Assembly (NCBI GenBank): GCA_039545335.1
Contig: BCIN01000007.1
Location: 372,001 to 436,000 of the forward strand
Length of the DNA stretch: 64,000 nucleotides
Direction of reading: 5' to 3'
Source: Kondoa subrosea
Taxonomy: Eukaryota
A program made the position numbers and the translations under genes. The notes under the pieces were generated by a model that saw only the letters and a program-made list of their open reading frames with translations, was not told the origin of the DNA and searched no databases. Positions 1 through 10,074 of the stretch are shown here, one piece after another. Numbering within the stretch: the first letter of the stretch is position 1; every line of letters starts with the position of its first letter.

Positions 1-2079
1 AGTATCACTCCTTTCAAGAATCTCATCTTGCAAATTAGGCTGATTGATACGGCTAGTGAGGATGACAGTCAAGATGCAAGATATGAGAATGTGCATTCCG
101 AACTTGTTCTTGCCTTGTTGCTCGAAAATACGTCTGTACAAAAAGGACGATGAGCGGTAGAAGTAGCGATGCTCCAGAGAACTTACTCAGGTGCGGTGAA
201 GAGATTTGCTGCTACCTCGTAGAGCGGCCGATTATCTGGCAAAGAGCTGGCTTGTCTGATTCTTTGCCACTGCGAAGCATTTTCAGCAGCGAAGAGGTTA
301 TCGTCTTCTGGAAGCGACCAAGAAGTCGATCCAGGTCTGTGACACGACATTATAATTAGTATTACAACCCAGATATATTGATGTCAATCACTAACGTGGA
401 GTAAGGCGGAACCAGAAAGAAAGTCGCGAAAGTGAGATCGTTCAAGCAGAAGCACAGAGCAGTCCTTTTCCTGGTCTCGAAGATGGTCCATCTTTTCCAT
501 GCTCGATCAACATCATCTCCTTCTTGATAAGGTTCGCATGGATCTGCATCGAAAAGTCCAGCTCGACGAGCGACATTGGCTACTGTCGAATGCAATAATT
601 GCGTAGCTTCAAGCATTTCTTGATTTCCGCTGACAAGCCAGTATAGTTGTCTAAGCATACTGTGATCTTCGCTTTAGCCGGTATGGGCGCTGGAAAGGCA
701 AGACTTACTAAGCTTGACAAATTGCTAACGCATCTTTATCTAATCGATCATACTTTGCGGGAACTTGTACTGGAACATAGAAAGACAGGCTAGACTTCTA
801 CTCTCAGTGATATGATCTCAACAGGCATACTAAGCTTACGTTTCATTCATCTTGGCCATAAGAGCGGAACCTAGAGTTCGGTGATTCTCGTCCTTGCTGT
901 ACAGCGAGCCAAGAGCGATCATACTGAGCAAAACAAGAGCACTAGTCTTCGCAACAGAGAAAGTCGGTGCATGTAATATCGGCCAATGCGGATGCCACTG
1001 TATAAGATTAATTATTTTTCGGACTGTTCTTCATCGATGACTAACATTGCGGAAGTAGAGCTCCAAGAAGCTACCCAGCTCATTCCGAGGCGGAAAGTCC
1101 ATAGGTATAGCACCGAGATGGTTGACAATACGCTCGTACGAGCTTTGATCGCTGGAGAGAAGATCATTAGTTAACACACAAAGAATAGCTTGATATATAG
1201 CGTACAAAGACATTCTGGCTTCAACGGATTCGACCTCGGAAGTACTAAGGTTCATTCCAGAGCAGCATTGCTGCTTCTTTCGACTTGCTTTAGTAGGCCA
1301 CATGTTGCTGACAGTGTCTTTAGTGTTGCAAGGTTCTTCCATTGAAACTGAAGTGTTCGACCAAGACTCCATTTCGGCATGAGAGAAAGGTCGTAAACCG
1401 GAAAAATCAAAGAGGGAATCATAAGGCAAAGCGGAAGATGGTTCCGACAGACTATCTTCATTGGATAAACTCATCCATTCAACCTCTTTGGCGGCGACCG
1501 CAGAGGGAATGTAAGGAGGAAGAGGTAGCGATTGATTGATGGAAGGCAATTGCGAAGGTCCAGCTTGTGGACCAGCGAAGGCAACAGTGTCTTGTGACAG
1601 CTGTAGCAGTAGAGCGGCGTGATCTTGAGTCGCATTGGTGGCAGGAAGTGCCTTGTTGAGCATGATAGGTTTCACAGGCTGACCAGGATGTGCCGTCTTG
1701 ACATGCCTAGAGTTGGAATTTCAGCCGCTTATCGAAAGACACTGCAATTCCAGGCTTACCTTGCAAGTACATCTTTCCGAACATAGCTGAGCGCATACTT
1801 CAACGCTGTAACACAATTAGACGCAACGGGAAGCTCACCTCTTTGTACATAGAGAGCATCCAAAAGGCTTCTCGCCTGTTGACAATGAGCTCTCGTCTTA
1901 ATCAGAGCAATCCACGTACCTGTGTGGGAGCGTTCATGCCTTTCCAGGTGTTCTGTCTTGTGAAAAGATTTGTCGCAATAATGACATACAAGCGTCAATC
2001 TATGCTTCTTCGCTGGTCTATCGGGCACATTGGCCATGGCAGTAGCTTGGCCATCCATGAAGTCGTCCATATGATTCAT
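1..2079 (-). CDS. C2H2 zinc-finger plus fungal-specific transcription factor domain protein (3' end runs off the window)
   Basis: The spliced N-terminus reads CHYCDKSFHKTEHLERHERSHTG|EKPFGCSLCTK|SYVRKDVLAR|HVKTAHPG, two C2H2 fingers with a TGEKPF linker and GT-AG introns. A fungal TF middle-homology region follows (LELYF...HWPILHAPTF...LLSMIALGSLY...WKRWTIFETRKRTALCFCLND). The first plausible ATG is at 2079. Confidence 0.9.
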
Positions 2080-2259
2080 TGCGATTCCCGCAACGAAAAC
2101 ATTCACCGGAACCTTCAATACACCAGACGAATGGCTGCTGTGCTCGATTTCAGTGAGCTCTCTATAATTCCATTGCTTCGCTTGAGTTGTCGATCTGATG
2201 GTGAAGGAACAACACAAGCATATGGGACTTGCGGCACCGTTCTTGCTCTCACTCGACGA

Positions 2260-3443
2260 ATGCTAGGATCTTGTAGTCGCCTGTCATCGACTCTCCCATC
2301 CGTACTCGCTATCCCACGGACATCTGCTGCTCTGCCTTCGCTGTCCTTGATTCGCAGCACCTGTCGTCAGATGTCTTCCACCGCAAACCCTTCAGAACCC
2401 TCTGCAGAGTTCCTTGATGAATCTTGGAGAGATGCATGCGAACTAGGATGGGTGGGAGATCTGGAATTAGATACTGCTCAAGCACTTCATGGCACGTTGG
2501 ACCGACCGCTCAAAATATTAGTATTATACGGAAGTCTCAGAGCCACTTCTTACTCCCGCTTTATGGCATTTGAAGCTTCGAGGATCCTCAGTAGATGCGG
2601 AGCAGATGTCAAGGTCTTTAATCCAGCATCGTTACCGCTTAGTAAGCATCTGTGTCCTGAATGCTTGGAAAGCCAAGCTGATGAGACTCCAAAAAGAGAA
2701 TGATAAGGACGAGAACTCACCAGCTGTGAAAAGTATAAGAGAGTTATCTTTGTGGAGTGATGCTCAGTTTTGGTGCAGTCCGGAGCAAGTGAGAATCCCT
2801 TTCATTTCTATGGGAATACGACTCATCACTGAATCATAGCATGGTGCTATCACTGCTGTGTTCAAGGTGCATCATCTCTTGCTTTCTCAACGAATTGGAC
2901 TGATGTTTTGGCAGAATCAAATCGATTGGATCCCTCTCAGCACTGGCTCAGTCAGGCCCACCCAAGGTAGAACGCTCGCTCTAGCTCAAGTGAATGGTGG
3001 ATCGCAATCTTTCAGTCTGTCTTTTTCACAGCTCTCTGGTAGAGCTGAAAACTAATTTACTTCATTCCTAGACACGGTCAACACTCTTCGACTACTAGGG
3101 AGATGGATGCGAATGTTCACTATTCCCAATCAATCATCTCTACCGCAAGCATATACTCAATTTGTCGATGGAAGGCTCAAGCAGTCAGGAAATAGAGACC
3201 GATTGGTGGATGTGTGCGAAGAGGTGAATGATCTGAAGGTTATCCAGTTGATGCGGCTAAGCAATTTTCCAGCTCATCAAAACGACTGTCATCTTGAAGC
3301 CGCATAAAGCTCTTTTTGACGATCGATATTCAGAACGGACCGAACAAGCCAAGCATGGTCGGTTACAAACAGCCGAAGAGAAGTTTGCTTTACTGGGCAT
3401 CAAAGCAGAGAATAACAAAGCCAAAGAAGATTACAGTAAATAG
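2260..3443 (+). CDS. arsH: ArsH, NADPH-dependent FMN reductase / organoarsenical oxidase (about 5 introns)
   Basis: Motifs [97 protein letters not shown] and DRYSER are all present. In-frame ATGs lie at 2260 and 2371, and the TAG is at 3441-3443. Confidence 0.95.
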
Positions 3444-3474
3444 AGCTTTCCACAGCAATATAGACATCTAGACT

Positions 3475-4021
3475 CTAGAGAGCATCTTTCCATTCTTTCC
3501 AACCCGAATAACCGCCTTTCAGAATCAAAGCTTTGTTCTTACTTATTCCTGCTTCTGTTAGAGCATCTTGATACCAACGAGCGCATCGAGGACCTCGACC
3601 ATTTGATCGACCACAGAAGAAAATGGCGTCCTTCCCTTGTGTCGATTTGACCAGCTCATGTCGAGCGAAGTAGAAATTTTGAGCTACTGAATTAAGAGCT
3701 CCATCTACTGTTCCATCCTATACACAAGCATGTGTCTAGAAAAGGCATATTTGCTATACATCAACGAGTACTGACGGAGAACTCGTCTGGCTTGCGGACA
3801 TCAATTATCACAGCTTTGCCTTGTTTGAAAAGCTTGGCGGCTTCAGATGGGGGAATGCTGGATACTGCTGTGTCTGATTCGGGAAAAGCATCCCACCAGC
3901 GCTTGAGCAAATCTTTGGAGGCTGACGAAGAGCGAGATTCAGCCTTTGGGGTTGAGAAGTCTTTGCTAGCGATCAAGACGTCGGGAGAAGTGGTATCGAC
4001 TGAAAACAATACTGAGTACAT
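3475..4021 (-). CDS. Rhodanese/Cdc25-fold phosphatase, Acr2/Ych1-like putative arsenate reductase
   Basis: Exon 1 contains IIDVRKPDEF. After an intron (~3718-3773), exon 2 reads DGTVDGALN...AIFFCGRSNGRGPRCARWYQD...LILKGGYSGW, which includes the CX5R active-site loop. The start codon is uncertain. Confidence 0.85.
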
Positions 4022-4975
4022 TGCTTCGCCTTGAATGCATGGATTAGATGGACCTACTGCTGAAACCTGCTTGTGAGAAAGCTGCTTGATGTTTACGGGC
4101 CTCTTCAAGCAGATACACCTGGCCTTCAGTTTCCAGAACACTAGACAGATTGGCGATGGTCTGATCAGACGCAGACTCAGAAGAAAGTAGGATGATCTGA
4201 TCAACGCTAGACTCGTTCAAAGGAAACTCGTTTTGGGAATGTCCGGCAGCACAGAAGCGAGGAGGTGGAAAGCCATAGGTGAAGAGAGTCTTCTGCAGTT
4301 CTTTGACCCTGCTCTGCTAGCAAGTCAGATTGTTTGAGAACCGCATGGGATGCAGGCAACTTACTTGTCTAGAGCTGAGTATAACGAGTCGACCAGAACC
4401 AACGGATCCGCATGCCCTCAAAGATTCTTCAGTTGTGAGGTCGCCTGCTGAAGCTGTCAGACTGCGCAATGTTCTTCCGAAACGTTCAAACCTAGTATAA
4501 CGACATCACCGTCCTGCGATAGCCATCATTTTTAATCGAAAAAACTGCTGCAGCACTCACTGCGTTGAGGCATTCAAAGATTGTCATTATTGTTTTGCAG
4601 GTCGCAATGCAGTAGTGTATTCAATGCCTGAAGCGGCAGATACAACCAATGTCAGCAGATTACACCGCGATGGAAGCAGCGGACTAACCAAAGAGCAGGC
4701 AAGCGAGCGAATGCTCAATCGAAGGATGTCAAACCTGAAAAGCTGAAAAGGTTCGATGTCCCAGGCCAAGAACCCGTTGCAATTCGATGCTTACAAGGCA
4801 GCAAGTAAAGTACTGTCTGTCAGGCCAAGTATCGCTGTCACATCGTAAGGTTGAGGAGGCAAAAGAGTACTGTGGGACATTTGATCATTTTCGGTGGTAC
4901 CTCTTTACCAACCATCATTTCCTCTCCCTCCTTCCTTTTTGCTTTCCCCATCTATCCTTTACACCTCAGCAAGCT

Positions 4976-6698
4976 ATGACCAAGAAGTCCTGCCTTCATG
5001 AAGCTCCAGAGAATGTGGAAAACCTTACACCAATCCAAACCAGTACAAAACTCTTCAACAGACTATCATGGCTTGATCGGTTGTTGGCTCCCTTAATTCT
5101 GGTGGATATGATTGTGGCAGTCGCTGTGGGTGCTACGACAGGCGATGCCATTCCAAAGTACGTCCGCTCTGTCGAATGCTGTTCATCTTACTGACTGTCT
5201 TGATAGCGCCTTCGATCAAGTCAAACTCAAAGGCGTCTCTTTTCGTGAGCTCATCTTGCAACTCGCACACTTCTTATCTGAGCTGGACTATTAGCTATCG
5301 TTATTGGTTTGCTAGTCATGATGCTTCCGCCCTTGACTCGCGTGCAATATGAGCAGCTCCCAGCGATCTTCCGGACGAGGAAGGTGTGGTATCAACTTGG
5401 AATATCGTAGGCTCCCTAATCTACTATGGCGATTGATCTCATAAGTCTCGTAGACTAATACTGAATTGGATTGTTGGCCCTTTTGGTGTGTTTACTTTAC
5501 AAAGATAGTAGAGCACACTCAATAACTGCGTAAAAGTCATGCTTGCTTTCGCTTGGGCTACTTTACCCGATTTACCAACTTATAGAACTGGAGTAATATT
5601 GGTTGGTATAGCGAGATGTATAGCTATGTGAGTGCAGTTCAGTTAGTCGACTGCTGTTGATTGACAGAGAAGGACACAGGGTTATGATTTGGAACAGCTT
5701 GGCTGCAGGCGATCATAATTATTGCGCGATTCTGGTGGCCTTCAACTCTATTCTTCGTGAGCTCTAAACTTCATCTAATGTCGAATCAACTCAAATGTTC
5801 TGCAGAGATCGTTCTCTATGCGCCCTATGCTTTACTACTCATTAACGTGATCGGCGGATCAAATGAACTTACACTAGACTACGGCAGTATGCGAGCTTTT
5901 CTTCAATGCTTACTTGATCTAATACATGTGCTAGCCGTCGCTTTGGCCGTTCTGATTTACCTTGGTATTCCAGTGGCAGCAGGAATTGTCATCCGATATT
6001 CCGTTTGGGCATTGAAAGGCAAAGCTTGGCTCGAAGAGGTCTTTTTACCTTATTTCGGACCACTGGCGCTTGTAGGACTGCTTTATACAATCTTTGTTAT
6101 ATTTGCATATCAAGGCAATCGGATAGTCGGGTAAGTTATGCCGCTTTGGAATTCAATCACATATTAATGTCTAGAACAGCAATGTCGGCAACGTCTTCAG
6201 AGTCTTCGTTCCTCTGCTACTCTACTTCATCGTTATGTAAGTCTTATTAGCGATGATTCATTCTCATGGCTTATTCTTCCGCTAGGTGGATCGCAACATT
6301 CGGCTTTATCTACTATCTATCCATCAAGCAAAAGAGATACTTTGGCTACGAGATGGCTGTCGTCCAGTCTTTCACGGCAGGGTCGAATAATTTCGAACTT
6401 GCAATCGCGATCGCCATCGGAACATATGGTGTGAACTCAGATCAAGCGTGCGTATTCGACTTGTTTCTCATTTAGAACAGGTGACTAATTCTTGATGTGT
6501 AGTCTGGCAGCCACAATAGGTCAATTGCTTCTCGAGGCGCGTCCGATCTTTCGCTTATTTATTTGGCGATTTACAGGTCCACTTGTAGAAGTCCCAGTGC
6601 TGCTAGCGTTGACTTATGTCTCGTTATTGGCAAAGAAGAAGCTCAGCTGGCCTGTGGTAGAAGAAGAACAGAAGACTAAAGAGATGGCGAATGTGTGA
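4976..6698 (+). CDS. ACR3: Acr3 arsenite/H+ antiporter (BART family), many introns
   Basis: Motifs LSWLDRLLAPLIL, MMLPPLTRVQYE, NWIVGP, GVILVGIARCIAMVMIWN (conserved Cys), YLGIP, AGSNNFELAIAIAI and GPLVEVPVLL (conserved Glu residues) are present. Confidence 0.95.
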
Positions 6699-7068
6699 AA
6701 GCAGCACAGTTCAGTCATCAATTGTAATCTTGCATGTTCTCTTAGTATTGTACATAGATGTCGAATTACACTAGATGCTCGTTCTGATTATTGCGCATGA
6801 TTGCCAAATGTCCTTTCTGTATGGAACTATAAGAACCAGTATAAGACGAGGCGAGGTTAAAGAACACGGAAGAGCAGGAATCGTCAAAAAGATCAGGAAG
6901 AGCAGGAAGAAGAGAACAGGGACAAGCAGGAGACGTGAACTTTAGTATTAATACAGCATCGTGCGACCAAATAACGACAAAGTACAACAGAAACATAAGA
7001 ATTATCGCACTGATGAATTCTCCACATGCGCCCAATCTCCATCCATTCCTCTCAAGCCGCAAAACATT

Positions 7069-7766
7069 TCAACTTAATCTTCTGACAGACATAGCTCTGA
7101 TGTGGAAGCATAAGCTTGATGTTTGGAGAGCAAGTGGAGTAAAAAGTTGACTGACCTGAACATGCTGCCCAGTTTCGAACTTCCCGAAGAAGAAGTTCTC
7201 CTTACTGAGACTGGTCTTTGCGCAGGTGGTGGAATATCAATGTAAGAAGGTGGATCTTTCTTTGGCGATAAAGCAGAAACGATTTGTTCTAGTTGATAAG
7301 CTTCTGCAGTGCTGTAAGCAGGAGAAGGTCGAGCGATGATTGGGTTTCCCTATTGAATTTGAATCAGTATATAATACAGAACAGAAGAGAGGGTGTGACA
7401 ACTCACTTCTTCCTCTTCTTCCACTTCAGATGATGACTCGGACATACACTCCAACATCAAATCCAACCATTCCACAACTTGCTCCATCTCATCTCTTTGA
7501 TCCGTTGAGGAAGACATGTTGAAAACCAAGACTGCTTTCAAGCGTTTGATGGGTAAAGTAGGTTGATCGGAAGGGCAAGATTGAGCAGACATTGCTTGAT
7601 GGAAAGATTTCTCAGATCGTTTGAAAGCTTTGACAAGGTAAGAGATTTGTAAACTGGTCTCTTGAGCTGAAAGAGGATTGATATGAGAGTTAGATAAGAT
7701 GTGGATTGATTCTTCTAGCAATGGCATAGTGTCTGGCGCAAAGCGTACTCTTCGTGTAGAAACCAT
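7069..7766 (-). CDS. Hypothetical protein (3 exons), with N-terminal RVRF and a PPSY motif
   Basis: The ORF MVSTRRVRFAP...EEEEE splices (GTGAGT...AATAG) to GNPIIARPSPAY...DPPSYIDIPPP...GSMF, then to RRLS*. No family recognised. Confidence 0.5.
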
Positions 7767-8922
7767 GGCGTAAGGAGTGTATCGTTTCAGGAAAGGACGA
7801 CGAGGACTGATGGGACGATATTTAGTGCAAAGAGGAGAAACCGTCATAGCGTGTTTTTGTATAATAGCTTGATGGAGTTAGTGGAGTGGCCGAATTTTGG
7901 ACTCAAAGTGGAGCGATAAGTGGGATCTGCCTTGATCGAGCGGATGTTTTTATCGTTGAGAATCGCGACTAGTGGATGATCTTGACGGATAAATAAACCA
8001 AAGCAGCTCCCCTGTATTCCTGGAATATTCTGAGGAGTTGAAAGATCGAGATTTGTTTGTTGTTTCCGTAAGGAGATATTTGATTGGAGTAGACGGTGTT
8101 TGACCACAAATTCCAGATCAAGAGTATGAAGTGTGCACTTTTCTGACTCGCAGGAAGATGACAGGAAAAGTTGTCCAATAATGTATTCGTCTATTGTTGC
8201 AGCTATCGTTAGCACGTTTCCGCTACAGAGGGAAAAGAAAGTCGCATACCTCTGAATTCTTAAGCTATGCAACAGTCTGATATAGTGACTGCAAAGATTT
8301 GGATTCTGCAAGTTGGTCTTGTATAGCTGATTACTACGTCGTTGCGGGCAGCGAGAGCGGACTGATAAGGCTATCAAGAACGTAGGCGGAGAAGGTGACG
8401 TAGCTCTTCCCGCTAAGCGTTATAATATCCTTTTCAAATCACAGCTAGACTTGAGTTCGACGGAAAAGGAAAGAGAGAGAAATAAAGCGCTAAGAATGCG
8501 CTGAGGTAGATGTTTAGGAGGTCCAAACGATGATACGTGTGTCAATGATGCTAGACTCTGAAAGATGGCCTGAGAGCGAGAAGAAAGAAGCAACGCGAGT
8601 ACCGGGCAAAGGAGAAGTTCATTGCGCGAAACAGAGCAACGAGAGTGAAGGACCAGCTGCACGAGACTGCGGCCAACATGGCAAGAGTACTGTAGCATAG
8701 AAACAAGAAAATGAATACAAGCAGGTTGGATGTTTCGCTAAAATTGGTGCGATTGGTCAATTGCCAGTGCTCAGGAATTGCGCGACAAATAACGCGTACT
8801 GCCTGCGATGCTCTTCAAGAAGCTATAGCACGCGAGATCACAGCTAGATGAGCTTACAATGGTCTCTGATGAACCAAAGGCTGATTTTTATGCGAATTCG
8901 TTGCTTGCACCTGTGATACCAA

Positions 8923-10002
8923 ATGCCTCGCTTACCCTCAGCTGCTATACCTTTGATTCGATCAGCCTGTACATGTCAACGCCGATCCTTGAACACTCTG
9001 GTTGCAGCTTTACCTGAAATTCCTTACAAACCTACTTCGAGCTCTACTGCCTCTGAACAACCCCCTGCAGATTATGATCCTCTAAAAGAAGGTCTTGCTA
9101 AATTTCATCCGAAATATGATGTACATCCAACCAAAACTTGGAGATCTCCTAATGGATTACATGAAATTTTCATTCTCAATGATCCTCCTTCTATTTCCCA
9201 ATCTCGTCAATCTAGATCAAGCGAAGAAGAAGATGAAGCTGTTCTTGAAGGACAACAAGGATCAGCAGGAGGAGGAAGTATCGCACCTGATCAAGCAATC
9301 TTACAATCTTTAGCAAGAACGACGGATTTCACTCTGAATGAATTGAGGGATCTACATAAATATCCGCTCGTTATTCATAGAGTGGCTTCAATGACTGATA
9401 AAGGGAAACAAGTGTCCATGTATGCTTTAGTTGTTGTTGGTAATGGAAATGGGTTGCTAGGCGTTGGTGAAGGAAAGCATGAGAATGTAGCTCAAGCGAT
9501 TGATAAAGCTTTTGCTCAAGCTGTAAAGAAGATTGGTGTCGTGGAACGCTTCGAGGACAGGACGGTTTGGGGTGATCGAAAAGACAAATACGTTGCTACT
9601 CAAATCGAAATGTGGTCAAGACCTCCAGGTTAGTACTTCTTCTTCTACATGAGCTTTGATCACATTGATCATGCTATTGTAGGCTTCGGAGTAAGAACAT
9701 CGCCTATGATACATCAAGTAGCCAAAGCAGCTGGTATTACCGACTTGGCAGCAAAGATTCGTGGGTCAAAGAATCAGATGAATACAGTTAAGCTAGCAGT
9801 AAGGATGTTACAGAGTCGATCGAATCCTTTAGGTTAGTCGAATCGAATCTATATAGCTGGAAATAAGCTGATCGCTAATATCCGATTGCTAGGCATGGGA
9901 AACATTCGAGGTGGAAGAGCGTCAAGAGATGCAAAAGGTATCGGCATGCGAACCGCTCAAGAAATAGCGTTCTCTTTGGGTCGAAGAGCAGTAGAGGTGT
10001 AA
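8923..10002 (+). CDS. MRPS5: Mitochondrial ribosomal protein S5 (uS5m)
   Basis: A presequence-like N-terminus is followed by RVASMTDKGK...ALVVVGNGNGLLGVGEGK, ERFEDRTVWG and SRPPG|FGVR...AAGITDLAAKIRGSKNQMNTVK. Two introns. Confidence 0.92.
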
Positions 10003-10074
10003 TGAGCAACACAGGGAACAAAAATGTACAATTCGCATCGCATGCTTCGACACTTTACTACTCCTGCCAAGTCA

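Noticed and set aside
1843..2259. 5' part of the 286-aa + strand ORF as part of ArsH
   Set aside because: It overlaps the zinc-finger exons on the opposite strand and the promoter. ArsH more plausibly starts at 2260 or 2371.
7052..7082. CaaX-like ending KCFAA* for the orphan gene
   Set aside because: The intron phase puts the last exon in another frame (RRLS*).
7844..8760. Several 60-180 aa ORFs between the orphan gene and MRPS5
   Set aside because: They have no motifs and no consistent splice pattern, so they are treated as intergenic.
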